Assembly: GCA_943355005.1 (NCBI GenBank)
Contig: CALRDV010000004.1
Span: forward strand, 7,898 to 71,897
Length of the DNA: 64,000 nt
Direction of reading: 5' to 3'
From: Patescibacteria group bacterium
GTDB lineage: Bacteria > Patescibacteriota > Microgenomatia > UBA1400 > MFAQ01
In this document: positions 19,291 through 29,558 of the stretch, one piece after another
Position numbering within the stretch: position 1 is the first letter of the stretch
Layout of the letters: each line of letters opens with the position of its first letter
Position numbers and translations under genes: made by a program
Notes under the pieces: model-generated
Database searches by the model: none
The model's input: only the letters and a program-made list of their open reading frames with translations
What the model was told of the DNA's origin: nothing

Positions 19291-19689
19291 CTAAAGAGGA
19301 ATTGAGGTGATATCAGGCCCCTGAAAACGTTGGATTTGTTGGGTCACTGCTTCAATGGTTCGAAGCCATCCTTCAAAAATTTCTATAACTAATCTATCCA
19401 GATCGTTTTTAGAAACTAAATACGGCCACCAAGCGACTGGAAAGATGAAGTGAGTACAGTCAAAGAATCCTTCCAGCTTTAGAGCAAAGCCAACTTCGTC
19501 TTTTTTCATAATCATCAGAAACCTTGCGGGCATTGATTGATCACCAGTTTCATCCTCTGCCAGATAAACGATGGGAATCGTTTGGCCTAGCGCGGTGTGG
19601 GTAAAGCTCAAGACAAATCGGCTATCTACTGCTACCATCGGGATCAAAGATTTGAATCTTTCCATCATTTCTTCGGTTTGAGAATTCAT
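19291..19689 (-). CDS. Hypothetical protein (132 aa)
   Basis: ORF with coding-like composition and no recognisable motif. Confidence 0.4.
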   Translation of the reverse strand: MNSQTEEMMERFKSLIPMVAVDSRFVLSFTHTALGQTIPIVYLAEDETGDQSMPARFLMIMKKDEVGFALKLEGFFDCTHFIFPVAWWPYLVSKNDLDRLVIEIFEGWLRTIEAVTQQIQRFQGPDITSIPL

Positions 19690-19719
19690 GACTACCTCCT
19701 TAATTAATGTTCTGGGACA

Positions 19720-20367
19720 TTATACCATTTGTCCTCGTAGCTTTCGAATTCCCCAGTATTTTATATAAGGATAATCCAGAAAAACTTGACTTAGGGTGGT
19801 AACTTTATATGGTTCTTTAATTCTCGTTTTCCCCCAAACAACTGTGTCACTCCGGTGATCTTTTCCCAAAACAAGAAAGGAATGAGCTTTTGTCGTCTCT
19901 CCGTACTCGTTTCCGTTTTCTGTCGAGGCGTGAACGACACAAGGAAAACCGAAGAACTCAAGCGCTTTTTTTAGCTCAAACTCATGGGTAAACATGAAAT
20001 AAGCAGCGTCGAAGAACTCCTTAGGGCAGTGTCGAGGCGCTTCTCCGGAGATACTTTCGTTCTCTAGAGCGTAAATAGCGGTATGACAATATAAATTTTT
20101 AATGTGTTCCAAACTTTTCTGATATTGTGGTCGAAACTCAGTCTTCTTGAACCAATCGAAATAATAAGGGTCGTTTTTGTGATTTGGATCCATATCTCTC
20201 TCTGCCCTAGGCTGTAGCAGCTGACACGCCCGAATTATTTTTTGTTGCCTGGGAGTTAACAAATACCAACCATTTGTTTCTTGCAATTTAGCCAGATCTT
20301 CTCTGTATTTATTGTTCTCAAGCTCAATATTGATTTGTGGACGAACAAGTCTCTCCATTTTCCCCAT
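19720..20367 (-). CDS. Hypothetical protein (215 aa)
   Basis: ORF with spaced Cys/His/Asp residues and no confident family assignment. Confidence 0.45.
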   Translation of the reverse strand: MGKMERLVRPQINIELENNKYREDLAKLQETNGWYLLTPRQQKIIRACQLLQPRAERDMDPNHKNDPYYFDWFKKTEFRPQYQKSLEHIKNLYCHTAIYALENESISGEAPRHCPKEFFDAAYFMFTHEFELKKALEFFGFPCVVHASTENGNEYGETTKAHSFLVLGKDHRSDTVVWGKTRIKEPYKVTTLSQVFLDYPYIKYWGIRKLRGQMV

Positions 20368-20381
20368 AGTATACTAGATTA

Positions 20382-20687
20382 ATGACTTTTGAGGAGAAAA
20401 TTTATGAAGTACTTAGGAAAGTGCCTAGGGGAAAAGTGACTACTTACAAGAATTTGGCCGAAAAAATTGGTTCAAAAGCTTACAGAGCAGTCGGACAAGC
20501 CATGAGAAACAATCCTTTTGCGCCGGAAGTCCCCTGCCACAGAGTGGTGAGGAGTGACGGAAGAGTTGGTGGTTTTATGGGAAAAACTACAGGGAAGGAA
20601 ATTCAGAAGAAAATAGAAATGCTTACTTCAGAAGGTGTCGAGATTATAGATGGAAAGGTGGCTGATTTTTCATTAAGATGTTTTTAA
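20382..20687 (+). CDS. MGMT-family protein (methylated-DNA-protein-cysteine methyltransferase DNA-binding domain only)
   Basis: The active-site motif PCHRVV is retained. The protein is 101 aa and lacks the N-terminal Ada/Ogt domain. Confidence 0.7.
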   Translation: MTFEEKIYEVLRKVPRGKVTTYKNLAEKIGSKAYRAVGQAMRNNPFAPEVPCHRVVRSDGRVGGFMGKTTGKEIQKKIEMLTSEGVEIIDGKVADFSLRCF

Positions 20688-20707
20688 TAGTCTTTTATAT
20701 AAAAAAA

Positions 20708-20729
20708 TACCTCCCTTTTGAAGGAGGTA
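20708..20729. terminator. Bidirectional hairpin terminator
   Basis: TACCTCC pairs with GGAGGTA across an 8-nt loop, preceded by an A7 run. Confidence 0.5.
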
Positions 20730-20735
20730 ATTAAG

Positions 20736-21077
20736 TTAGGAGAGCCTTAAGACATCTTTGCGATTAATGCGGATCCATGGGGAACCACCATCTCCCAAAT
20801 TGAATCTGAAGGTAAACTCATCCTCCAGCTGACGACGAATCCTCTCAACACTGACACCTCCAAGGTGCGTCGACTGTCCCCTTTCTAGACCCAGAAGCTG
20901 TTCTACATTAATTCTGGTGGGGACTTCGATAAACTTAAGGTCCTGTTCGTCGAAGATAACTATAACGGCTTCTCCTGACCAGGTGAACTTCACATAGTCT
21001 CTTCCTGAGCCAAGATTGGTTTCTTTGGCAACGAGCCAGCCAAGCGATCTAAAAATACGTACAAATAGTTTTTTCAA
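20736..21077 (-). CDS. Hypothetical protein (113 aa)
   Basis: ORF only; no motif. Confidence 0.4.
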   Translation of the reverse strand: MKKLFVRIFRSLGWLVAKETNLGSGRDYVKFTWSGEAVIVIFDEQDLKFIEVPTRINVEQLLGLERGQSTHLGGVSVERIRRQLEDEFTFRFNLGDGGSPWIRINRKDVLRLS

Positions 21078-21276
21078 AGCAACCTCCTACTAGTTAGACT
21101 GTACTAATTATATACTCAAAAAGGCCAAATTACAAGGTTTATAGGGTATTTGCCTTTAGATGGGATGTTTTATCTAAATCTAAGATATTCACTGACAAAT
21201 GGTTTGAGAATTTCTTTTGCCTTGGAATATTTTTCTTTTCGCCCGGTGAGCATTTTCTACAGTAATTTCATTCATT

Positions 21277-22596
21277 CTAACTATCTAATTTTTCTTTTAA
21301 TATTTTTGTTAAAGCTTGTGGCGAGGCGGAGCCGTGGGTTTCTTTCATGGCTTGACCAACGAAAAAGCCAAGAACGTTAGTCTTACCTTTTTTGTACTCT
21401 GCAACTATTCCAGGATTATTGTCAATTATTTTTTGAACTATTTTGGAAAGTTCGGCAGTGTCGGTGTTCCCGACCTTGGTTAATTTTTCATATTGGACCA
21501 GGACGTGTTCAGCCGGATCTAGTTTGCCATTGACGATTAAGCTGGCAAGCTTATTTACCTCCACTCTGTTATCATCTGAATAATCGTGAATAATTTGAAT
21601 GGCGACTCTATTTTGCAAACTAACTAAAATTTTTGCGTCTTTTGCGTCGACACCAATCTTTTCCAAGGAAGAAATTTCCTGATGGGGAAGAAGTGGGAGC
21701 TCTCGACGTAATTTTTCTACAACTTCATCTTCAATAATAAAGGGTGGAATATCGGGCTCCGGGAAATAACGATAATCCTTAGCTTCTTCCTTAGTTCTCT
21801 GTAAGAACGTAACTTTCTTAATGGCGTCGTATCCTCGAGTAGTCTTATTTGTTGGTGTTTTTTCAATGCCGGTTTTCTCGAATTCCTCCACTTGTCTTTT
21901 GATTTCAAAATCGATAGCTTGAGAAGCAAAGTTGAAGGAGTTGATATTTTTGACTTCGACCAGTGGAGTGTAATGTGTACCTGATTCGTTTTCGATGCAG
22001 ACATTTATTGTTGGTTCCAGGCGCATTTGACCTTTTTCCATATCAGCATTGGAGACGCCGATAGCCCGAATAATTTCATGAATTTTTTTGAGATATTCTT
22101 TGGCTTCTGTACTACTAGCCATGTCCGGCTTAGAAACTATTTCCACCAAAGGAACTCCGCTGCGATTGAAGTCGACAAGGGTTACTTTTTCACCGTTTAG
22201 ATTGGTGTGCTGAAGTTTCCCAGTATCCTCTTCTTGATGAACTCTTTCGACACCGATTTTCTTACCTGAATCTAAGGTGATAAAACCTTCGGAGCAAAAA
22301 GGTTCATCGTACTGACTGATTTGATAACCTTTGGAGAGGTCAGGATAAAAATACTGTTTGCGATCGAATTTGGAAAGTCTATTGATAGAACAGTTGACCG
22401 CTAAACCAATTTTGATACAAGATTCGATGGCTTTTTTGTTTGGTACCGGAAGTGCTCCGGGTAACCCGAGACACACAGGACAAGTTTGAGTATTTGGAGC
22501 CTTGCTAAAATGGTCGGCAGGACAACCACAAAACATTTTTGATTTAGTTTCCAACTCGACGTGGACTTCAAGACCGATTAGGGGTGTAATTTTCAT
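21277..22596 (-). CDS. gatB: Asp/Glu-tRNA amidotransferase subunit B
   Basis: MKITPLIGLEVHVEL...CGCP is the GatB N-terminus, and a YqeY-like tail is present. It overlaps gatA by 4 nt. Confidence 0.9.
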   Translation of the reverse strand: MKITPLIGLEVHVELETKSKMFCGCPADHFSKAPNTQTCPVCLGLPGALPVPNKKAIESCIKIGLAVNCSINRLSKFDRKQYFYPDLSKGYQISQYDEPFCSEGFITLDSGKKIGVERVHQEEDTGKLQHTNLNGEKVTLVDFNRSGVPLVEIVSKPDMASSTEAKEYLKKIHEIIRAIGVSNADMEKGQMRLEPTINVCIENESGTHYTPLVEVKNINSFNFASQAIDFEIKRQVEEFEKTGIEKTPTNKTTRGYDAIKKVTFLQRTKEEAKDYRYFPEPDIPPFIIEDEVVEKLRRELPLLPHQEISSLEKIGVDAKDAKILVSLQNRVAIQIIHDYSDDNRVEVNKLASLIVNGKLDPAEHVLVQYEKLTKVGNTDTAELSKIVQKIIDNNPGIVAEYKKGKTNVLGFFVGQAMKETHGSASPQALTKILKEKLDS

Positions 22597-24017
22597 AAAG
22601 TTTTATCTAAATCGGGAAATTTTTGAAAATCAGTGTTCCTCTGAAAACAATCAGCTATGGCTATAGCCTTTGACTCTTGGAATTGAGCGCAAGTAATTTG
22701 AAGTCCGATAGGTAAGTCATCTACAAAACCACAAGGAAGTCCAACACTGGTAAGCCCGGCGACGGAACTTGGCTCCACCAGAACATCCTCCATCTCCCCA
22801 AACATAGGCTGGTCCTTGGTAGCTCCGACTGAAAGTGCGGGGGTGGGTGACACTGCACCAATGACGGCATCGAAAGTTTTGAATACTTCAGCAAATTCGT
22901 CAATCATTTTTGTCCTGACAGCCTCGGCCTTTTTGTAAAAAGCATCATAGTAGCCTGCAGATAAAGTGTAAGTACCCAGCATGATTCTTCGTTTTGATTC
23001 CTGACAAAAAGTATCACGGGAGTTACCAAAGCGAATTCCATCAAATCTAGCGAGGTTTGAGCTGACTTCGGAACGCTGAACAACAGTGTAAACGCCAATG
23101 CCATATTTGGGATCCATCAAAGAAACTTCTTCGACCGTGGCACCAAGCTCTCTAAATTTATCAGCGGCGTCTAAAATTAATTTTTTAACATCTTCACTCA
23201 TGGAGGACATCAAGTATTCTTTGACCAGACCAATTTTAATTCCTTTTAAATCTTTTCTATTTAAAAAGGAAGGATAGTCTTCGACCGGAGTGGGGCTCGT
23301 GGTCGCATCATAAGGATCCTCACCGGAAATCACTCTGGTAATGAGAGCGGCGTCTGCAACTGATCTAGTAAGGGGACCAGGGGAATCAGTGGAACTGGCC
23401 ATAGCGATACAACCGTAGCGCCCTGCCCGTCCATAGGTAGGTTTCAGACCGGTAACACCCACCCACGCAGCTGGCTGACGGATGGAGCCTGCAGTCTCAC
23501 TACCCAGAGCGGCCGTAGCAAGCTGAGCAGAAATTGCTGCGGCGGAACCACCGGAAGAACCACCCGGAAGTTTTTCCGGATTCCAAGGATTTAGTGTCGG
23601 ACCAAAGTCTGATGTCTCGGTACTACTACCATGGGCAAAGGAATCCATATTTGTTTTACCAAGAAAGATGGCACCCGCAGCTAAAAGTTTACCTGTGACA
23701 CTCGATTCGTACTGGGGCATAAAACCTTTAAGAATGTTAGAACTGGCAGTCGTGGAAATGCCAACGGTTAAAAAGTTATCTTTAATCGCCATTGGAATGC
23801 CGAGCAATTCCCTATCAATCCCCTTTTCGGCAATTTCTATGTCGACTTCTGCCGCCTGCTTAAGTGCATTTTCATTCAGATCCAAGAAAATATTTAATTT
23901 GGGATTATATTTATCGATACGTTTAAGAAAATGTTTGACCAGTTCGACACAGGTAAAATCTTTGTTTAGATATCCGGCGTGGACTTCGGAGATTGAGAGT
24001 GCGTGTAGAGGTTTCAT
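22593..24017 (-). CDS. gatA: Glu-tRNA(Gln) amidotransferase subunit A (amidase signature family)
   Basis: GGSSGGSAAAI amidase signature with the Ser-cisSer-Lys triad context. 474 aa. The arrangement is TAATG with the gatC stop. Confidence 0.9.
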   Translation of the reverse strand: MKPLHALSISEVHAGYLNKDFTCVELVKHFLKRIDKYNPKLNIFLDLNENALKQAAEVDIEIAEKGIDRELLGIPMAIKDNFLTVGISTTASSNILKGFMPQYESSVTGKLLAAGAIFLGKTNMDSFAHGSSTETSDFGPTLNPWNPEKLPGGSSGGSAAAISAQLATAALGSETAGSIRQPAAWVGVTGLKPTYGRAGRYGCIAMASSTDSPGPLTRSVADAALITRVISGEDPYDATTSPTPVEDYPSFLNRKDLKGIKIGLVKEYLMSSMSEDVKKLILDAADKFRELGATVEEVSLMDPKYGIGVYTVVQRSEVSSNLARFDGIRFGNSRDTFCQESKRRIMLGTYTLSAGYYDAFYKKAEAVRTKMIDEFAEVFKTFDAVIGAVSPTPALSVGATKDQPMFGEMEDVLVEPSSVAGLTSVGLPCGFVDDLPIGLQITCAQFQESKAIAIADCFQRNTDFQKFPDLDKTL

Positions 24018-24403
24018 TAGATTACGGTTTCGGTTTCGTCGGTATCTATTATGCGGGGTACTACAAAAAAGCCATTACTGGTGAGCTTGGCTTCGCGGAG
24101 GGCAACGGACTGTGGAAGAATTCGAGATGTGTCTACAAAGTCTTCACGGGCAATATTGGATAACCCTGTAACTTGGTAGGTGGCGGAAACTGTGGAGGTA
24201 TCGATTTCGTTTAGCTGATTGATGACGTCGACGGTTTCGGTAAACTGACCGGCAAAAAGATTCACTTCGTTGGGCTGTAGCCTAAGGCTCGCAAGCTTGG
24301 CGATTTTTTTGACCTCATCGGCAGTGACGGTTACTTTGTGCACAAACACAATTTTAGCAGGATTTCCCGTGGCTGGATAGACAACCCATAGACTGGGAGA
24401 CAC
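24017..24403 (-). CDS. gatC: Glu-tRNA(Gln) amidotransferase subunit C (start uncertain, possibly GTG internal)
   Basis: TVTADEVKKIAKLASLRL is a GatC-type helix. It sits immediately upstream of gatA in the same operon. The ORF is longer than typical GatC, which is about 95 aa. Confidence 0.65.
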   Translation of the reverse strand: MSPSLWVVYPATGNPAKIVFVHKVTVTADEVKKIAKLASLRLQPNEVNLFAGQFTETVDVINQLNEIDTSTVSATYQVTGLSNIAREDFVDTSRILPQSVALREAKLTSNGFFVVPRIIDTDETETVI

Positions 24404-24415
24404 TAGTTGGGGTAA

Positions 24416-25777
24416 TTAGTCGTTTAGAAAGTTCTGTGAAAGTTTGATCTTTTGATTTTTGATCTCGTAGGCGATATCACAAACATTATTAAGCAGCTCA
24501 TGATCGTGAGAAATAAGCAGAACTGTGCCTTCGTAATCGACCAAAAATTCTTCCATAGCAGCAACAGATTTTAGATCTAAATGATTGGTGGGCTCGTCCA
24601 AAATTAAAATATCCGGATTGGTGTATAAGAAGAGTGCAAGCTGCAAGCGGGCTTTCTGTCCACCCGAAAGAGTCCAAACCTTTGACTTCATGGTGTTCTT
24701 ACTGAAATAAAATCTCTTGAGAACTGCGGCGGCTTCATAATCGGCTATAGGAAAACGCTTAGTAAAGCAATCAATGGGCGAAGCTTCTTTTTCCAATGTT
24801 TCCAAATGTTCTTGGGAATAATAGCCTACTTTGAGACCATCACCCGATTTAGCTACTCCGACTGACGGTTCCAGCTGTCCAAGAATTAATTTGATAAGGG
24901 TGGACTTGCCAGTACCGTTGGCAGAGATAAGAGCTACCTTCTCCCCTACCTCTAAGTATAGTTCAGCTTTTTCGAAGACTGCTGTTTCCGGATAAGCGAA
25001 GGAAAGATCCCGCACCATGACTGCCAGCTTGTGTTTGATTTGCTTGCCGGAAACTGATGTGTTTAGCTCGATATGGGCATCTCGATTCTTGGGATTTTTT
25101 ACCATTTCGTTTTCGAAACGCGCTAAACGTTTTTCCAGGGCATGGTAATAGCGGGCCGTCTTCAGACTACTGGCTGCTTTCTGTCTAAACCTTTCCACAA
25201 GATCTTTTAGACGCTTATGTTCTTTGTCTTGGACATGGAATAAGTGTTCGAGATCCTCCCTCTCTCTCTGATACTCGACGGTGAATTTTTCGTAACCGAA
25301 AGGATAAGTTCTAATTTCTCTGTCTTCGACCAGCCAGGTATGCGTCGTAATCTCACGAAGAAGATGCCTATCGTGCGAAATCGTGATGACCAGACCATCG
25401 AAGGACTTTAGAGCGCTTGCCAACCATTGTTTGTTTTCGATGTCTAAGTGATTATCCGGCTCGTCTAGCAGTAGTACGTCGTAAAGACTGGAATAAATAA
25501 GATCTGCGAGTAGAGCAATCTTCTTTTGGCCTCCTGAAAGAGTGGGCAAAGAATCGATTTCTTGCTGAAGATATCCTATTCGAGGATCTCCACCCCATTC
25601 GATCCGACCACCATCTTGTTCTTCCAAGCCAGCCATTATCTTCAGTAAGGTAGATTTACCTGAACCGTTATCCCCAATTAAAGCCACAATCCCATTACCT
25701 GTGTGAGACAGAGTAACATCATCGAGTAAGGGCTGGTTGTAGCTCTTTTCGAGTTTGGTAATTTTGAGATTGATCAT
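24416..25777 (-). CDS. ABC-F family ATPase (two tandem ABC domains, no TM domain)
   Basis: Two Walker A motifs, GDNGSGKSTLLK and ANGTGKSTLIK. Two ABC signatures, LSGGQKKIALL and LSGGQKARLQL. The likely start is MINLKITK at 25777. Confidence 0.8.
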   Translation of the reverse strand: MINLKITKLEKSYNQPLLDDVTLSHTGNGIVALIGDNGSGKSTLLKIMAGLEEQDGGRIEWGGDPRIGYLQQEIDSLPTLSGGQKKIALLADLIYSSLYDVLLLDEPDNHLDIENKQWLASALKSFDGLVITISHDRHLLREITTHTWLVEDREIRTYPFGYEKFTVEYQREREDLEHLFHVQDKEHKRLKDLVERFRQKAASSLKTARYYHALEKRLARFENEMVKNPKNRDAHIELNTSVSGKQIKHKLAVMVRDLSFAYPETAVFEKAELYLEVGEKVALISANGTGKSTLIKLILGQLEPSVGVAKSGDGLKVGYYSQEHLETLEKEASPIDCFTKRFPIADYEAAAVLKRFYFSKNTMKSKVWTLSGGQKARLQLALFLYTNPDILILDEPTNHLDLKSVAAMEEFLVDYEGTVLLISHDHELLNNVCDIAYEIKNQKIKLSQNFLND

Positions 25778-25874
25778 CTTACTTAGTTTTTTTGGCTGCA
25801 CACGAGCCTCGATAAGTATATCAAAATGTGGGATAATGTAACCTTCGCACATTCTACACATCTTTGGAGGCTCG

Positions 25875-26177
25875 ATGCCAGTTTTTACTATTTCTCCGGA
25901 ACCTCACGAATCAGAAGCGGTAATTAAGCAGTTACATCACATTGCTGTAAGAAAATTTCATATTCTTCAAGTACACGTACCTTATTCGGATAAAAATATA
26001 TTTGTAATTCATCATGAAGGTTGGAGATATGTGCTCGAACAACCACATATCGTTAAAGCTTCTAACAGAAAAACCGGGACCTGCATGGTAATTAACTTTG
26101 AAAGCGATAACACAACACAGTTGTCAAAAGTTATGCTGGAAATTGTGCACAAAATTCTTGCAAACCGTCCCACTTAG
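25875..26177 (+). CDS. Hypothetical small protein (100 aa)
   Basis: ORF between divergent ABC-F and clpB; no motif. Confidence 0.35.
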   Translation: MPVFTISPEPHESEAVIKQLHHIAVRKFHILQVHVPYSDKNIFVIHHEGWRYVLEQPHIVKASNRKTGTCMVINFESDNTTQLSKVMLEIVHKILANRPT

Positions 26178-26186
26178 GGGCGGTTT

Positions 26187-28316
26187 TTATTTGATGACAA
26201 GTCTGCCTTCGACAAAGGAAATCTTTATTGGCTTATCTTGATGAAGTTTACCTTCGATGATTTGAAGAGCGAGTTCGTCCTCAATTTTATTCTGGATTAC
26301 CCTCTTTACCGGCCTGGCGCCATAAATTTTGTCGAAGCCAAACAGCGCCACCGTTTGACCAACGGTTTTATCGAAGTCTATCTGATACCCCTTCCCGGCC
26401 AACCGGTACTTTAATTCATTTAACTGAATTTCGACAATTTCAGAGACTTGTTCCCTATTGAGTCTCTTAAATGTGATAATTTGATCGATGCGGTTGAGAA
26501 ATTCAGGACGAAAATACCCTCTGAGTATCTCAAAAGTCTTAGTCTCAATATCGGATTCGCTTAATTTATCATCTACGGCGAAGCTACTACCCAAATTACT
26601 GGTCATGATGATCACGGTATTCTTGAAGTTTACCGTGTGACCTTGACCATCAGTCAGTCGACCATCATCTAGGATTTGCAAAAAGGCACTAAAGATTTGG
26701 GGGTGGGCTTTTTCGATTTCGTCAAAGAGAATTACTGAGTAGGGTTTGCGTCGGACCGCTTCTGTCAGTTGACCTCCCTCTTCATATCCGACATATCCGG
26801 GAGGGGCACCTATGAGTCGAGCTACCGAATGGCTCTCTGTATATTCCGACATATCGATGCGGATGAGAGATTTTTCATCGTTAAAAAGTTCTTCGGCCAG
26901 AGCTTTAACTGTTTCTGTTTTGCCCACACCGGTAGGTCCAAGAAATAAGAACGAGGCGATGGGTCGATTCTCATCTGAGATGCCGGCTCTGGATCTTCTG
27001 ATAGCGTTACTGACGGCTTTGATGGCATCGCCTTGACCCATGACGCGCTTGGTCAATTCTGATTCTAGATTTATCAATTTGGCAGTTTCGGACCCAAGAA
27101 GTCTAGTAACAGGAATTCCTGCCCAACGAGAAATCACCTTGGCAATGTCTTCCGTGTCCACTTCCAACTGCAGAACCCTATCTTCAGGCTTAATCGCACT
27201 CCATTCTTTTTGCTTAACATCAAGCTGTTCCTGAAGTTTGGGTAAGGTACCGTATTTTAGCTGAGCTGCTTCTTCCAGGCGGACTTCTTTTTCGGCGGTG
27301 TCGAACTTTATTTTAGTTTGATCTATCTCAGCTTGAACTTTATTTATTTCTTCAATTAGACTTTTTTGCTTTTTCCATGCAACTTCGATTTTCAAAGCCG
27401 ACATTTTCTTCTCTTCGCGGTCATTTTCCAAATGCTCACGACGAGAGTTGGCTGAATCTGATTTTTCTTTTTTTATAGAGGCGAGCTCAATATCAATCTG
27501 AGTGATTTTTCTTTTTAAGATATCCAGCTCGGCCGGCATAGATTCAATTTCGATTTTCAGAGCCGACGCGGCTTCGTCGATTAAGTCTATGGCTTTATCC
27601 GGTAGAAAACGGTCAGGCAGATATCGGACAGAGAGATTCACAGCAGAAATTAGGGCGTCATCGCTAATTCTGAGCTTATGGTGGATTTCATATTTTTCTT
27701 TTATACCTCTAAGAATCGCAATTGTATCTTCTTGGCTGGGCTCCTCTACCAAAACAGGCTGGAAGCGTCTTTCCAAAGCAGCGTCCTTTTCGATGTATTT
27801 TCGATATTCATCTATAGTGGTAGCCCCGATTAAATGGAGCTCGCCTCTAGCCAAGGCTGGTTTGAGAATGTTGGCAGCATCAACAGCACCCTCCCCTGCC
27901 CCGGCGCCAACCAAAGTGTGAAGCTCATCTATAAATAAGATGTATTGACCTTCTCCTTTTTTCACCTCATCTACAATCCCTTTCATTCTTTTTTCAAATT
28001 CCCCCCTGTATGAAGCGCCGGCGAGAATACTGGCCATATCAAGAACGAGAATATCTTTATCTTTGATAGAGTCAGGGACATCTCCATCGGCAATGCGATT
28101 GGCAAGGCCTTCAACCAAGGCAGTCTTACCAACACCGGGGTCCCCGATTAATACGGGGTTATTTTTGGTACGGCGGGAAAGTACTTGCATCACTCGACGG
28201 ATTTCCATATCCCGCCCAATGACAGGGTCAAGCTTATGAGCCTTGGCTTTCGTTGTCAAATTAACTGTATATTTTTCCAGGAGCTTTCCCTCCTGTTGTT
28301 CAAAAGGATTTTCCAT
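26187..28316 (-). CDS. clpB: ClpB-type AAA+ disaggregase lacking the N-terminal domain
   Basis: Two AAA modules, GDPGVGKTA and [10 protein letters not shown] long coiled-coil M-domain sits between them. The sensor 2 / GYEEGG region is present. 709 aa, which equals ClpB minus the roughly 150-aa N-domain. Confidence 0.85.
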   Translation of the reverse strand: MENPFEQQEGKLLEKYTVNLTTKAKAHKLDPVIGRDMEIRRVMQVLSRRTKNNPVLIGDPGVGKTALVEGLANRIADGDVPDSIKDKDILVLDMASILAGASYRGEFEKRMKGIVDEVKKGEGQYILFIDELHTLVGAGAGEGAVDAANILKPALARGELHLIGATTIDEYRKYIEKDAALERRFQPVLVEEPSQEDTIAILRGIKEKYEIHHKLRISDDALISAVNLSVRYLPDRFLPDKAIDLIDEAASALKIEIESMPAELDILKRKITQIDIELASIKKEKSDSANSRREHLENDREEKKMSALKIEVAWKKQKSLIEEINKVQAEIDQTKIKFDTAEKEVRLEEAAQLKYGTLPKLQEQLDVKQKEWSAIKPEDRVLQLEVDTEDIAKVISRWAGIPVTRLLGSETAKLINLESELTKRVMGQGDAIKAVSNAIRRSRAGISDENRPIASFLFLGPTGVGKTETVKALAEELFNDEKSLIRIDMSEYTESHSVARLIGAPPGYVGYEEGGQLTEAVRRKPYSVILFDEIEKAHPQIFSAFLQILDDGRLTDGQGHTVNFKNTVIIMTSNLGSSFAVDDKLSESDIETKTFEILRGYFRPEFLNRIDQIITFKRLNREQVSEIVEIQLNELKYRLAGKGYQIDFDKTVGQTVALFGFDKIYGARPVKRVIQNKIEDELALQIIEGKLHQDKPIKISFVEGRLVIK

Positions 28317-28388
28317 AATTCTAGAATACTACGATTCTGGCACTCCGTCAAGTCAACTGCTAAGAATTTCTTTGGTAAACTAGGGGTA

Positions 28389-29180
28389 ATGGAAAAACTT
28401 GTTTTGATTAAACTCGGAGGAAGCCTTATTACTGATAAGAGTAAAGATAGATCCCCTAGACCGGACATGATTGCTAAGATGGCAGATGAAATTATTGGCA
28501 TCGCCGGTAAATTCGACGGAAAAATGATTGTGGCTCACGGAGCCGGCTCCTTTGCTCACAGACCGGCCGACCAGTACAAAGTGAAAGATGGAATTAAAGG
28601 ACCTCTACAAATTAAAGGATTTCCTATAGTGGCCGACAGAGCTATCGAGCTCAATCGTATCGTAATAAAGAATTTTCTTGAGATGGATATTCCTGCTGTT
28701 TCTTTTTCTCCGGAAAGCATCATCATGTCCTACGACAAAAAGCCGGAATCCGTCTTTACTGATTCTCTTGAACATGCATTGAATTTAGGATTTTTACCGG
28801 TGCTGTATGGCGACGTCGTTTTTGACAAGAAAATTGGTGCATGTATTTACTCTACAGAAATGGTGCTTGGTGCTTTGGCAGGGAAACTGAGCAAGAAATA
28901 TGAAATTAGCTTTGTATATTGCACCGATACGGATGGTGTCTATGACTTGCGCCGAAGAACTATTCCGGAAATTAATCCAAAAAACATTAAAGAAGTGGAG
29001 AAGTTTATCACCGGCTCAAAAAGTACCGACGTAACGGGAGGTATGGTTCACAAAGTCCACGAGAGCTTAGAAATGGCAAAATTGGACATGAAAACAATTA
29101 TTGTAAATGGAAACAGAGTGAGTGAATTAAGAAATGCCGTCCTCGGGAAAGAGCACCATGGCACGGTAATTTCTGATTAA
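28389..29180 (+). CDS. Isopentenyl phosphate kinase (amino-acid-kinase fold)
   Basis: LIKLGGSLITDK is the glycine-rich kinase motif. HGAGSFAHRPA, DIPAVS, CTDTDGVYD, DVTGGM and NGN...ALLGKE..GT.I follow the order of archaeal IPK. The ATG at 28389 is the likely start within the longer ORF-track frame. Confidence 0.65.
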   Translation: MEKLVLIKLGGSLITDKSKDRSPRPDMIAKMADEIIGIAGKFDGKMIVAHGAGSFAHRPADQYKVKDGIKGPLQIKGFPIVADRAIELNRIVIKNFLEMDIPAVSFSPESIIMSYDKKPESVFTDSLEHALNLGFLPVLYGDVVFDKKIGACIYSTEMVLGALAGKLSKKYEISFVYCTDTDGVYDLRRRTIPEINPKNIKEVEKFITGSKSTDVTGGMVHKVHESLEMAKLDMKTIIVNGNRVSELRNAVLGKEHHGTVISD

Positions 29181-29545
29181 AAGAGATAGGTACCGACGCA
29201 TATTATCCGATGCCACAAAAATTCTAATTTGTCTAACTCCTGATAGCCGTGGGCTTTTTCTATGAGCTTTCTTCTAAGTGTACTTACATATTCAGGAGGC
29301 TTCTGCCCAACTACAAATTCCCAACCAATACCATAAAGCAAGGCAAAGTCCCTTGAGTCCTTAATGTCTTCCTCCGGATTAATCATGTCCAATACTGTTT
29401 CTAACTTAAGTGGTTTACTTGATTCCCACAAAGTAGACACATCTTCACTTTCCATATGCCAAAAATCAAACTTGGGTCCCAGCTCCGCGACTTTACCTGA
29501 GACTACAGTATGGAGAAGCATTTCCTTGGCACTATTCGTAGACAT
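29177..29545 (-). CDS. Hypothetical protein (122 aa)
   Basis: ORF only. Confidence 0.4.
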   Translation of the reverse strand: MSTNSAKEMLLHTVVSGKVAELGPKFDFWHMESEDVSTLWESSKPLKLETVLDMINPEEDIKDSRDFALLYGIGWEFVVGQKPPEYVSTLRRKLIEKAHGYQELDKLEFLWHRIICVGTYLF

Positions 29546-29558
29546 GCCTGAGATTTTA

